Origin: Candidatus Obscuribacteraceae bacterium
GTDB lineage: Bacteria > Cyanobacteriota > Vampirovibrionia > Obscuribacterales > Obscuribacteraceae
Length of the DNA stretch: 64,000 nt
NCBI GenBank assembly: GCA_044226015.1
Contig: JBGAHS010000002.1
Coordinates: 1,011,435 to 1,075,434 of the forward strand
Direction of reading: 5' to 3'
Shown here: one piece after another, positions 9,547 to 19,361 of the stretch
Layout: each line of letters starts with the position of its first letter
How positions within the stretch are numbered: position 1 is the stretch's first letter
Program-made: the position numbers and the translations under genes
The notes under the pieces: generated by a model
Seen by the model: the letters and a program-made list of their open reading frames with translations, nothing else
Told to the model about the DNA's origin: nothing
Databases searched by the model: none

Positions 9547-9589
9547 GTCGAATCCTTCAACATTGTATGATAAGCAATCAGACTGAAAC

Positions 9590-10714
9590 TCATCCTAGCT
9601 GACGACGGAAACGCCACGCACTGATACTCAATAAAACGGAAGCGCTGATGATCAGAAAGGCGACGTTTGGTAGCAGAACGTCCCACGATGCACCTTTCAA
9701 TAAGCTTTCTCGCACAAACAGAGTAAAGTAACGCAGTGGGTCAAGCTTAGAAAGGCTCTGCAGGAAAGCTGGCATACTTTCAAATGGCACCACGCTTCCA
9801 GACAACTGTATGAGTGGAATACTAATGAAAAAGGACGATAACTGCGCCTGCCGTTGACTTGAGCAAAACGTTCCTAACAGCATCCCGAAACCGATGCAAG
9901 AAACTATGTAGGCTGATGCTCCCATCAGGAAAACCAGAGGATTGCAGAGGAAAGGTAATCCAAAGAACATTCTAGACAAAAGCAAGGCCAAAGTAAGATC
10001 GCACACGAGCAAAAACACCAGGGGCAAAATCTTGGCGAGAATAATCTCTCCTGCCGTAGGTGGAGCCATCAGCAATTGCTCAAGAGTACCATGCTCCTTC
10101 TCCCGCAAAAGCACTGCAGAAGACACCAGTGTTCCAACCACAGTCAGGACAGCACCTAAGACACCGGTGACAAAAAACCAGCTGCTCTTCAATCCCGAAT
10201 TGAATAACATCTTCGTTTCAATATCGACAGCAGGCTTGTGCTCTTCATTAATGTCGGATGGATTGAAATGAGCAGCAATGTCTTTGAGATAAGCTTTGGC
10301 AACATTTGCTGTGTATGCGTCAGTTCCATCAAGAATGGTTTGACTCTCAAGGATATTTTCCTTATTGTATTTTTCTGCAAAATCGCTTGGGATAATCAAG
10401 GCCGCAGAAGCCTTTCCTTGCTCAACCATCTTGTAAGTCTGGTCAGGATTGTTCATTCTCTTGATTGGATTGAAGACTGATGCAGAGCTAAACGCATCTA
10501 CATAATCTCTGCTAATGGCAGTATTGGATTGGTCACAAACTGCAAGACTTAAGTTGTGCAATTCTGGATCTAGAGAAGCAGAGAGAATCAATAACTGCAC
10601 AGTCGGCGGAACAAGCAAAAGATACAATAAAAGCTTGTTTCGCAGTGTCTGCCTGAACTCCTTTTTTACGAGAGCCCAAAGCCTTGAACCTAAGATAGCG
10701 TCAAAAATATTCAT
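9590..10714 (-). CDS. ABC-2 transporter permease (YbhR-like)
   Basis: KEFRQ, REKEHGTLEQLL, multiple TM segments. Confidence 0.9.
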   Translation of the reverse strand: MNIFDAILGSRLWALVKKEFRQTLRNKLLLYLLLVPPTVQLLILSASLDPELHNLSLAVCDQSNTAISRDYVDAFSSASVFNPIKRMNNPDQTYKMVEQGKASAALIIPSDFAEKYNKENILESQTILDGTDAYTANVAKAYLKDIAAHFNPSDINEEHKPAVDIETKMLFNSGLKSSWFFVTGVLGAVLTVVGTLVSSAVLLREKEHGTLEQLLMAPPTAGEIILAKILPLVFLLVCDLTLALLLSRMFFGLPFLCNPLVFLMGASAYIVSCIGFGMLLGTFCSSQRQAQLSSFFISIPLIQLSGSVVPFESMPAFLQSLSKLDPLRYFTLFVRESLLKGASWDVLLPNVAFLIISASVLLSISAWRFRRQLG

Positions 10715-10722
10715 ATGCGCAT

Positions 10723-11826
10723 CTATTCCTTAAACTTCATCTGGCGCCAGGAAAACCAGGAAATCGAAAAAAGTCCCAAGCAAAACAAAATCAAAACTGT
10801 AATATCCTGAACAACTGCGAAGCCGCCCATTCCGCGCTCGAACGAGTCGCGACTTACTTCAATGAAATATCGGGCGGGTACAAGATAAGAGAACAAAGAC
10901 AACGGGAATGGAATATTGCTGATTGGATAAACGAACCCAGACAAAAGCAAACACGTAAAAAACCCCAAACTAGAAACGCCCTGAACTGCATTGCTCTGCG
11001 AATTCGCACACGAACCCAGAGCCATGCCAAACAAAACAGAGCACAGAACATAGATGGGCAATGCAATAAAAAACAACGGCGCACTCGCAAGAAAATGCAG
11101 CCCAAAAATAAAGGTTGCAAGACTGATGATTATCACAGCCTGAGCCAAACCTACGAGTGTGTACACAAGGGCCTTTCCCAGAACAAGCTCATGAGCTTTT
11201 ATGCTAGAAACGAAAACTTGAAGTACCGTCCCCTGCTCTTTTTCTCGCGCCATTGCAACACAAGCCAACAGAGATGGAAACATCCAGAGCACAATGCCGA
11301 AGACTCCTGGCACTATGAATAGCGACTCCTTCAAGCCTGGGTTGAACCACACTCGCAAATTTGGCTTAACCTGAACAGGGGGCTTGTCTATACCGTTGGC
11401 CAGGACAAAATAAGTGCAGGCTCCTCTTATAGTGGCATCTATCAAACGGGCATTAACGATATCAGTGCCATCCACCGAAACGTCAATTGATGTTGGACTC
11501 TTCGATAACAACTTGCTCTCAAAATCTTGAGGTATTGTCACGCTAGCTTTGGTTTCGCTGGCAAGCTCTTTCTCTACTGAAATTGCCTTATCAGCATCTT
11601 GTATGTGCAACGTGTTGGTTGCTTCTAGCCTTTCAATAAATGCTCTGCTGGCAGTAGTCTTACTGTTATCATGCACTGAAACTAAGACGTTATGAGATTG
11701 CATTCGGACTCCAAAGCCAAAGAGCAATAGCGTAATAAGCGGTAGCAGGAATGCCAATGAGAGACTCAAGCGATCGCGTTTGAACTCGCACCACTCTTTA
11801 AGCGCTTGCTCCAGGATATGTCTCAT
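10723..11826 (-). CDS. ABC-2 transporter permease (YbhS-like)
   Basis: WFNPGL, AREKEQGT, multiple TM segments. Confidence 0.9.
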   Translation of the reverse strand: MRHILEQALKEWCEFKRDRLSLSLAFLLPLITLLLFGFGVRMQSHNVLVSVHDNSKTTASRAFIERLEATNTLHIQDADKAISVEKELASETKASVTIPQDFESKLLSKSPTSIDVSVDGTDIVNARLIDATIRGACTYFVLANGIDKPPVQVKPNLRVWFNPGLKESLFIVPGVFGIVLWMFPSLLACVAMAREKEQGTVLQVFVSSIKAHELVLGKALVYTLVGLAQAVIIISLATFIFGLHFLASAPLFFIALPIYVLCSVLFGMALGSCANSQSNAVQGVSSLGFFTCLLLSGFVYPISNIPFPLSLFSYLVPARYFIEVSRDSFERGMGGFAVVQDITVLILFCLGLFSISWFSWRQMKFKE

Positions 11827-13601
11827 CTGACACCTCCCTGCGGATAGCGTGCATTCTGAACGAGCTGAATGAAGGCTTCTTCAATCGAGCCTGCATTTTG
11901 TGAAGCTTTAAGTTCAGATGGCGAAGACTCCGCAAGAATCTGTCCTGCGACCATTACTCCGAGGCGATTGCAATATTCCGCTTCGTCAAGAAAATGAGTG
12001 GTGAGAAGCACAGATGCACCATTTGCTGCAAAGAGCCTTATCAAACTCCACAATTCTCTACGAGCAACCGGGTCAACGCCTGAACTGGGTTCGTCAAGGA
12101 ATATAAGCTCCGGAAAGTGCATGACAGCAGCGGCAAATGCTACTCGTTGTTTCCAGCCTCTAGGCAAGGAAGATACTATCTCCCTGGTATGGTCAGACAG
12201 TCCACAAGACTCAATCATCCAGTCCAAACGTGCCTTTCTCTGACGCAGAGGAATCTCATAAACACCAGCAAATAACTCAAGATTTTCGGCAACGCTCAAG
12301 TCGCCGTAGAGCGTGCTTTTCTGGCTCATATAGCCAATTCTCTTGCGCAGCGTTCCATTCTCGAGAGCGTGCTCACCGAGTATTTTTATTTGACCTGAAC
12401 TCGGGCGTTGTAATCCACAGAGCATTTGAATCGTAGTGGTCTTGCCTGCACCATTCGCACCGAGCAGTCCGTAAATTTCACCACGCTTAACTTCTAAACA
12501 AAAGTCCTGAACCGCGACAAACGAACCAAATTGTTTGCGCAGGTTTTTCGCTTCAATGGCTGCACCATTAGTGGCATCGACTCGCACGCAGTTCTCTGGC
12601 AAAACGTGAGTTATAACAGGCAGCTCTCCTCTCTTTGCCATGTGCAGATAAAAGACATTTTCCACGCTTGGTTCTGTCAGTATAATGCGATCAATTGCAA
12701 CCTCATCTTGAGTCAACAAAGAACGCAACTGCTCAACAAGTTCGGCTTCCCGTGGAACGAGTATATCCACACGATCTCCCAGCGGCGAGACGTCCCTAAT
12801 AAAATCGGGACTATGAACTTGAGCAGCTCTACAAACCTGAACTGCTTTATCAATTGCTGACGTATAGATTTCAATGCGGTTCAAGTTTAATGCATTTTTC
12901 AGCTCACGCGGCGAGCCTGAAACCTCAATAGCACCATCCATCATAAGACCAATGCGATCGCAGAACTCCGCTTCATCCCAATACGGAGTAGCCAGAAGTA
13001 TTGCTGTACCCGACCGTTCCCTTGCTTCCTCCACAAGGTCCCAAAACTCGCGTCGAGAAAGAGGGTCAACACCAGCAGTTGGCTCATCCATCAGAATTAA
13101 CGCGGGCTCAGAAATCAGCGCACAACAAAGTGCCAACTTCTGCTTCATGCCACCAGAGAGTCGTCCACTTGGACGATCCCTAAATCGGGCCAGGTCCATA
13201 TGCTCTAAGAATTCTTCTTTTCGCTGCTCGAATACGTCTCGAGGTACATCATGCAGCCCGGCAACGTAGCGCAGATTTTCTTCAATACTCAAATCGGGAT
13301 ACAGAGAGTACTGCTGGCTCAAATATCCAATCAATTGCCTGGCGTCATGAGGTTTGCGCCCCAGAACTTCTAGCTCGCCAGAATGAGAGGAAAGCACACC
13401 AGCGAGAATTTGCATTGCGGTTGTTTTGCCGGCTCCATCTGGACCGATCAAACCATAAAGCTCACCCGGTTTGACATCGAAACTAAGATTTCTCAATACC
13501 TCTTTCGTGCCAAAAGATCGACAAAGTTGATTGACTCTCAGTACTAGATTGTGGGTTTCCATTTTGGTATCAAAAGCGGTGCGCGATACTCCTGCCGTCA
13601 T
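11823..13601 (-). CDS. ABC transporter ATP-binding protein with two ATPase domains (YbhF-like)
   Basis: Two Walker A motifs (GPDGAGKT, GANGAGKT), LSGGMKQ, DEP; ATGA overlap with upstream gene at 13598-13601. Confidence 0.92.
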   Translation of the reverse strand: MTAGVSRTAFDTKMETHNLVLRVNQLCRSFGTKEVLRNLSFDVKPGELYGLIGPDGAGKTTAMQILAGVLSSHSGELEVLGRKPHDARQLIGYLSQQYSLYPDLSIEENLRYVAGLHDVPRDVFEQRKEEFLEHMDLARFRDRPSGRLSGGMKQKLALCCALISEPALILMDEPTAGVDPLSRREFWDLVEEARERSGTAILLATPYWDEAEFCDRIGLMMDGAIEVSGSPRELKNALNLNRIEIYTSAIDKAVQVCRAAQVHSPDFIRDVSPLGDRVDILVPREAELVEQLRSLLTQDEVAIDRIILTEPSVENVFYLHMAKRGELPVITHVLPENCVRVDATNGAAIEAKNLRKQFGSFVAVQDFCLEVKRGEIYGLLGANGAGKTTTIQMLCGLQRPSSGQIKILGEHALENGTLRKRIGYMSQKSTLYGDLSVAENLELFAGVYEIPLRQRKARLDWMIESCGLSDHTREIVSSLPRGWKQRVAFAAAVMHFPELIFLDEPSSGVDPVARRELWSLIRLFAANGASVLLTTHFLDEAEYCNRLGVMVAGQILAESSPSELKASQNAGSIEEAFIQLVQNARYPQGGVR

Positions 13602-14695
13602 TTCTCTGATGGCTCCTCCGCTTCTAGCTCTGCTTCGCAAGACATTCCTGGCTTGGCAGTTCCATCAGGATTGTCAATTCTCAGCTTCATTCCAAAAACT
13701 TGTTTGACACGGTCATCTTTGAAGTAAATATTTTCAGGAGTGAAGGATGGCTTAGCGTCAATTGAACTGATATGAGCGCTAAGTCTCTTCTTGCTATTGC
13801 CTTCATCAATAAGCACAGTAGCAGACTGACCCACTTTCACCAGCCCGATCTGCGACTCAGGAATGAAGCCTCTTACATAAACGCTCGCTGGGTCGTTAAT
13901 GAGCATTAACGGCTTCCCGGCAGGTACGACATCGCCGCCATGCACCAGCACATTAGCAACGACTCCATCGATTGGCGAAACAATCTTGTACTGTCCTTTT
14001 TTGATGGACAACTGCCTCTTTGCTGACTGAGCTTTTTCCACACTTGCCTGCGCCAGCATAATTTGTGAGTTGACCTGCGCAAGCGCCATCTGCTGCGAAT
14101 CATGCTGTGCCCTGGCAATCTGCTGCTTTATCGACTTTTCAACTTTTTCTGCTTTCTTGGCTGGTGCCGTTATCGGTTTCATCAGCAAACGGGCTGGAGC
14201 CGTAACAAGACTGAATGCTTTCTTGCCGAATCCTGCTGGTTTAGCTACAGTAGTTTCTTCGCTAGCTACTTGTGCCTGAGAAGTCTCAAGCATTTTTTGT
14301 CCAAGCTTAGCCTTCTGAGATTTCGCATACACGAGTAAACGTCTTGCCTCAACAAGCGCTCTTTCGGCTTCGACAGCTCCTGCAGAAAGGGCGCTATCAT
14401 CGAGCTTTACAAGCTCCTGCTCTTTCTTAACCGTATCACCTTCTTTGATCAATACGGTTTCGATTCTTCCTGGCGCAATGCTTGCTACTCTAAATTGCTC
14501 AATCTCAATTCGTCCACTAATTGAAAGCTCAGGCTTTTCTAGCTGGGAATCAGTCAGCGTCTTTAGCCAAACCAGAAGAGCGACCTCCAGGATAACGAGG
14601 GCTATCGCCCCCATGACCAGAAGGGTTCTTTTTCTAGCACGACTGCTCGCGGCCGCACTCGTGCTGACTGTCGCTCTTCCTGTTTTTGTATACAT
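13598..14695 (-). CDS. HlyD-family membrane fusion protein (YbhG-like)
   Basis: N-terminal TM, SGRIE, SPIDGVV, FTPENI, KPGM. Confidence 0.9.
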   Translation of the reverse strand: MYTKTGRATVSTSAAASSRARKRTLLVMGAIALVILEVALLVWLKTLTDSQLEKPELSISGRIEIEQFRVASIAPGRIETVLIKEGDTVKKEQELVKLDDSALSAGAVEAERALVEARRLLVYAKSQKAKLGQKMLETSQAQVASEETTVAKPAGFGKKAFSLVTAPARLLMKPITAPAKKAEKVEKSIKQQIARAQHDSQQMALAQVNSQIMLAQASVEKAQSAKRQLSIKKGQYKIVSPIDGVVANVLVHGGDVVPAGKPLMLINDPASVYVRGFIPESQIGLVKVGQSATVLIDEGNSKKRLSAHISSIDAKPSFTPENIYFKDDRVKQVFGMKLRIDNPDGTAKPGMSCEAELEAEEPSEK

Positions 14696-14715
14696 CTTTG
14701 GCTCCGAAATGTGTA

Positions 14716-16089
14716 TTAGTTTGATGTGGATGGTTTAACACTAATTGTGGTGGCTGGCGTTTTTTCAGCGATTAGTTTCATAAGCGCATTAGCTCTTTGC
14801 ACACCAGCGTCTTCCTTTCCGAGACTGTCAGATCGAACCTTTATGATGTCCTGCAAGTGTTTTTGTGCATCAGCTATTTGTCCTTGCGCAACATCGACAT
14901 TGGCAATTGTTTCTTTGTCACTCATTAAGAGAAGAGCTGGCTGACCCATCGCCTGTCTTTGCGCTAAGGATTGCTCTGCAAGACTTTTTCCTTCATGAAG
15001 TTGTTTGTTTGCAACAGCTATCTTGCCCAGCAAAGACAGGTAATCGGCGTGTGCTGCTGCATCCTTATTCTTAGAAATCAAATCTGCTTTCGCCATTTCA
15101 TCGAGCAGTTGCTTTGCAGCACTATTCTCTCCAGCAGCAAATTTGAGCTCAGCTAACGACTGCATATCGCAAAGATAATCGGCTGCATCTGGAGCAAGAT
15201 TTTTGCGATCATATTGAAGCAGTTTTGCAACGTGCACACCCAAACCATCAGTTCTGCCCAGAGCCAATTCAGCTCGTACGTAGTTTCTGGTACACGCCAT
15301 CATTGTTCCCGCATCTTCATTGGCTTGCGCAGCCCGAATTGCAAAAGCCTTTTCCATGCATCTAGCAGACTCGACTATTTGTCCAGCCTGCCAATTAACA
15401 ACCGCAAGCAATTCTTGATGTCGAGCTGCCATGTCAGTTGAGGCGTTATTATCAAATTCAACAAGCTCATTAATGTACTTACTTGCAGAGACAAAGTCTC
15501 TGTTACTCATAGCAATTTTGGCGAGACCTTCCTTTGCAAGAGCAATTGATTCTCCACTACCGCCTGCAACTGTCGCTGCCTCACTGTAGCTGGCTTTTGC
15601 CTTTTGCGAATCTCCTGCTTCTTCATAAAATTCTGCAGCTTTCAGCAACGCATCAATTTTTGCTTGTCCCTGAAGAGTCGACGAATCACCGCGAACAGCA
15701 ATCGCTTTTAGCCCAGCTTGCAAACTGTCCTTTTGATCCCCAGTGATTTTGTAAGCTTGTGATAAAGCCTCGAAAGTCTCAGCCATTTCAGGGCGACTCA
15801 ACTTTAGCAACTCTGCCTCTTCGACCGCTTTGCCAAGCATATAAAGAGCAGCGTCATAGTCACCCTTTTTCATGGCTTCTACACCACATCGATGATATTT
15901 CGACCAGAGCCCATATACAACTTGTTTTCGTTTTGCTTCGTCTAGTGGAGCAGCCTGGCCTGGTACAGTTTGATTTGACGGCAGCGCATTGAGTGCCTGC
16001 GCAAAAACGGAATTTGTTGAAACACTGAAAAGTGCGAGTCCAAACATCAATGAACATGCACTGTTTTTTATAGAAAATTTGGCCGTCAT
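14716..16089 (-). CDS. Secreted TPR-repeat protein
   Basis: Signal peptide after MTAKF (GGAGAGG RBS); helical TPR-like repeats. Confidence 0.7.
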   Translation of the reverse strand: MTAKFSIKNSACSLMFGLALFSVSTNSVFAQALNALPSNQTVPGQAAPLDEAKRKQVVYGLWSKYHRCGVEAMKKGDYDAALYMLGKAVEEAELLKLSRPEMAETFEALSQAYKITGDQKDSLQAGLKAIAVRGDSSTLQGQAKIDALLKAAEFYEEAGDSQKAKASYSEAATVAGGSGESIALAKEGLAKIAMSNRDFVSASKYINELVEFDNNASTDMAARHQELLAVVNWQAGQIVESARCMEKAFAIRAAQANEDAGTMMACTRNYVRAELALGRTDGLGVHVAKLLQYDRKNLAPDAADYLCDMQSLAELKFAAGENSAAKQLLDEMAKADLISKNKDAAAHADYLSLLGKIAVANKQLHEGKSLAEQSLAQRQAMGQPALLLMSDKETIANVDVAQGQIADAQKHLQDIIKVRSDSLGKEDAGVQRANALMKLIAEKTPATTISVKPSTSN

Positions 16090-16165
16090 ATTCCTCTCCC
16101 TGAATATACGATTTTTTGTATGCTCCGGACAGGACAACCCTGCCCGGAGCGTGTACCGCGAACCC

Positions 16166-17218
16166 TTAATAAGGCTTCGTCAGTCTCCAACCAATCTGGT
16201 CTTTTCTACGCAGTCTCAGATAATCGCTTTGCGGTGCGTTCTGAGAAGCGACGGTCAGTTCTTTCACGGACTTACCGATATCGTCACGAACCTCTCTCAA
16301 ATCTGCGATAAAGAGAGCAGGCTCTGGATCCTCAGGATGCAGCAATTGTGCTTCTCTGTAGCGAACTAACGCAGCCTGATCAAGCCCCTTACTTTCCATA
16401 GCTTCCCCCAGGGCGAGATGAACTTGCGCATCATCATGGTCTAACCATCGAGCAGACTCGAGTTCAGAAATTGCTTCCTCGACTCGACCTTGCTTAAGCA
16501 AGGATGTACCGAGACCATAATGTGCACGCTGATTATTTGGTTCCATAGCAAGCGCTCTGCGGAACTGAATTTCTGCAGCCTCAGGGTCACGCTTCATCAT
16601 CGATTGGAATCCGTCATCACGCACGCTGGCGGAGCTGACCATGTCGAGTTGAAGTTCTGGACGAGCCTCGTTTGCAGCATGGTTTAGACGAGCTGCTTTC
16701 CATTGCGCTCTCTTGAATGGAGGCGAGTAAGGCGCGTACAAATAGTCGCCAGACAACTGGGCGACGTAATTGTTGACTTTCTCACCGTCAGCAAGAGCAC
16801 TTCTAAGATTAGCAGCCCACTCATCTGCGAGCGCCTCCATCGAAGTACCGTTCATTGCGGCGAGGTTTGAGTCGATAGTGAGTACGTGCTTGCCACCTAC
16901 GCGAATAACCGGTAAGTGATTAACAGTCACGATCTCGACTGCCGACGGTGAACGATCCTTGCTCGAAATTAGAGCGTTGTTCAGATTGCGTTCAATAATC
17001 GTGCTTCTTTCTTCGGCGGTAAAACCACCTGCAGCAGCCCGAATAGTGAACACATCTGTTCCAGCGCAACGAACTGGACTAATCGCCGAGCTAATATAAC
17101 CTTTCTGGATAACAATTTTTTCAGTGCTCGTCTGCACTGTCTCTGCCGATGCCGGCAACGCGGCTACTGCCGTAAACAGTGCCAGAGCACTAAGAATAAT
17201 TTGATTCTTGCTTCTCAT
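16166..17218 (-). CDS. Secreted TPR-repeat protein
   Basis: Signal peptide; C-terminal TPRs (AHYGLG, VHLALG). Confidence 0.8.
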   Translation of the reverse strand: MRSKNQIILSALALFTAVAALPASAETVQTSTEKIVIQKGYISSAISPVRCAGTDVFTIRAAAGGFTAEERSTIIERNLNNALISSKDRSPSAVEIVTVNHLPVIRVGGKHVLTIDSNLAAMNGTSMEALADEWAANLRSALADGEKVNNYVAQLSGDYLYAPYSPPFKRAQWKAARLNHAANEARPELQLDMVSSASVRDDGFQSMMKRDPEAAEIQFRRALAMEPNNQRAHYGLGTSLLKQGRVEEAISELESARWLDHDDAQVHLALGEAMESKGLDQAALVRYREAQLLHPEDPEPALFIADLREVRDDIGKSVKELTVASQNAPQSDYLRLRRKDQIGWRLTKPY

Positions 17219-17278
17219 GGCAATCTCCTCAACTGGGACCTAACAATAACGACTATTGAAAGCACCACCGGTGGATAT

Positions 17279-17303
17279 GACGCGGGGCCACCCTTCCGGT
17301 TCC
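17279..17303 (-). promoter_or_regulatory. ECF-type promoter GGAAC-N16-CGTC
   Basis: Exact motif, 60 nt upstream of ATG 17218. Confidence 0.8.
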
Positions 17304-17613
17304 AAGTCATAAGAAGCCATTTTTCAACGACTAACACCAGGCAAGGATGCTGCTCAACCCTTTCAACAGGGAGGCGCCAATGCATAGCCAGAGAAGCTTT
17401 GTATCGATTTCAAATCAGAACGCGCAGCGCACCATGTAGCAACTGCATTTGACGTCAAGCTGGGAGAAACCCGATCAGATCTAATGCAATCCGATTGCAG
17501 GCAGAAATGATGAGCAGTCCAGCTTGCATCAGCAAATAATCAGCAGGAAGCGCCCATTGAGGGTCTCATCCGATCCCATATAAATGAATAGAACGCGACA
17601 GAGGCGGTAACGC

Positions 17614-17659
17614 AAAAAGTTTGCGGCTAGCGCTGTAATAAACGCGCTAGCCACAAACT
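17614..17659 (-). terminator. Intrinsic terminator
   Basis: TTTGCGGCTAGCGC...GCGCTAGCCACAAA stem with A-run on + strand (U-tail on -). Confidence 0.65.
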
Positions 17660-17685
17660 AAGCTGATTATTGAAAAACTCGGTGA

Positions 17686-18021
17686 TTACTGAGCTCTTTC
17701 AAACATTCCGATATCTGCACCTGGAGGCGGGCTGAATGATTGCACAAAACCTGGAGCCACTGCTGTGGTATCGGCGTCGGATTCAAGAGCATGAATCATG
17801 TCTTTTAGTTCGAGTCCCAATCCATGGGCGATAAACCAAGCAGCACCGATTGTGAGGTTACGAATTCCACGTTCAACATCACTTACATATGTGCGGTGCA
17901 AACCGGCTCTGTCAGCAAGCTCTTCTTGGGACAATCCTAACGATTGTCTTTTTCTTCTGATGAATTTGCCCAGAGCAATCAGCTTTGGTTCAACTTCTTG
18001 TTTCAACATGAATGTCTCCAT
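17686..18021 (-). CDS. XRE-family HTH transcriptional regulator
   Basis: LSQEELADRAGLHRTYVSDVERGIRN. Confidence 0.9.
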   Translation of the reverse strand: METFMLKQEVEPKLIALGKFIRRKRQSLGLSQEELADRAGLHRTYVSDVERGIRNLTIGAAWFIAHGLGLELKDMIHALESDADTTAVAPGFVQSFSPPPGADIGMFERAQ

Positions 18022-18875
18022 GATTTTTCTCCTTCGATTCTTCTAGATTGATTCAGTTTGGTCTAGCCAAAGCAAAAATTCCTGCGAGCGACCAAGCAGT
18101 TCTTCGCTGCCGCTCATCACTTCAAGTTGGGGATGCATTTCCACAAATCTGTTGTGGTGATGCAATTTTTCGACAAAATTACCTTGTATTTCAAATACTA
18201 CCAGCAAAAAATCATAATGGTGCTTCCAAAAGACGAAGCTTGGGGATAACCCGTAAGAAATACAAGGCTATCTATATGGTTTCACTAAAGATTGCTCAAC
18301 AATTCAACACGTCAAGAGAGGACACAAATTATAGTCATCATCCGCATAACGCTTGCTGAACAAGCACTTACGGCGACGCGTCCAACCCCTTGGCAATAAC
18401 ATTTCTGTTAGGGTTTACTTTTTTGTTCGAATAGCCAACTTGTGCGAATTCCTTTATATGGAATACGCCAGTATGTAATGCGATATTGAAGAACAAGTTG
18501 AATACTTTCGCAAAATCTGCGAATTTCACGCCCAATTATAAGAGCGATTAATGCTCCAGTCGATCCGCGCCTAGCGCAGAGCAAAATCACGGACGCAGTA
18601 GGACAAAAAATTAAATTTGCTTGCGTCTCTTTTAAGAAGACGAATAAAGCACAATGCCACTGACACCAGCATTGGTATCACCGACTCAGTAGCCTTTGTG
18701 CTGCAGCATGCATTAGTGAGCATTCGAGAGACCAGGGAAATCCCTTAGGAAAGCTCCTCGATCCCCTAATTTTTCCTCGCATAAAACAAATATTGGTTAT
18801 TCTCGAATGAGGGAGATACATTGCAAAACCGCCAGGAGAGCGTGGACCCTAACATAATTGTTGGATTTCCCGAGG

Positions 18876-18900
18876 GGAACCACAAAAATGAATTGCCGTC
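18876..18900 (+). promoter_or_regulatory. ECF-type promoter GGAAC-N16-CGTC
   Basis: Exact motif, 65 nt upstream of ATG 18966. Confidence 0.8.
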
Positions 18901-18965
18901 CAATTCCGTGATCTGAAATGGAACAGAAATGTTTCCAATGATGGAAAAACTTGGAGGAATGAACA

Positions 18966-19286
18966 ATGGGCAACTGCTGCAACAACAGCGATAAGAGTTC
19001 TTACGAAGGCGATATGGAAGCGCGTCTTGCAGAACTTGGTAAAAACATAGATAGCTTCGTCGAGAAAGCTGCGGAGAAAGCCGACAACTCCAAATGTCAG
19101 GCACTTGATGCACTCAAACAGAAGCGTGACGAAGCAACATCTAAATTGAAAGAACTCAAAGAATCTGGAAAAGATGCTTTCTCAGAACTAAAAAAAGGTA
19201 CGGATAGAGCCTGGGAAGACCTGCTCTCTGCCTGGGATGAAATGAAAGTCGCTGGCGATCAAGCGATATCGAAGTTTCAACACTAA
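18966..19286 (+). CDS. Coiled-coil stress protein (sll1863-like)
   Basis: GGAGG RBS; LKELKESG..AF.ELK.G...AW..L pattern. Confidence 0.7.
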   Translation: MGNCCNNSDKSSYEGDMEARLAELGKNIDSFVEKAAEKADNSKCQALDALKQKRDEATSKLKELKESGKDAFSELKKGTDRAWEDLLSAWDEMKVAGDQAISKFQH

Positions 19287-19296
19287 ATAAAAAACT

Positions 19297-19326
19297 GTGC
19301 TATCCGACGACTTAATCGGATAGCAC
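19297..19326 (+). terminator. Hairpin/terminator
   Basis: GTGCTATCCGA...TCGGATAGCAC perfect 11-bp stem. Confidence 0.55.
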
Positions 19327-19361
19327 TCAAATTTTCTTTTCGGTTATTGGAGTATTTCAAA

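Noticed and set aside
17201..18590. Short ORFs 17201-17452, 18048-18359 and 18408-18590
   Set aside because: Non-ATG starts, no RBS and no recognisable motifs; likely spurious.
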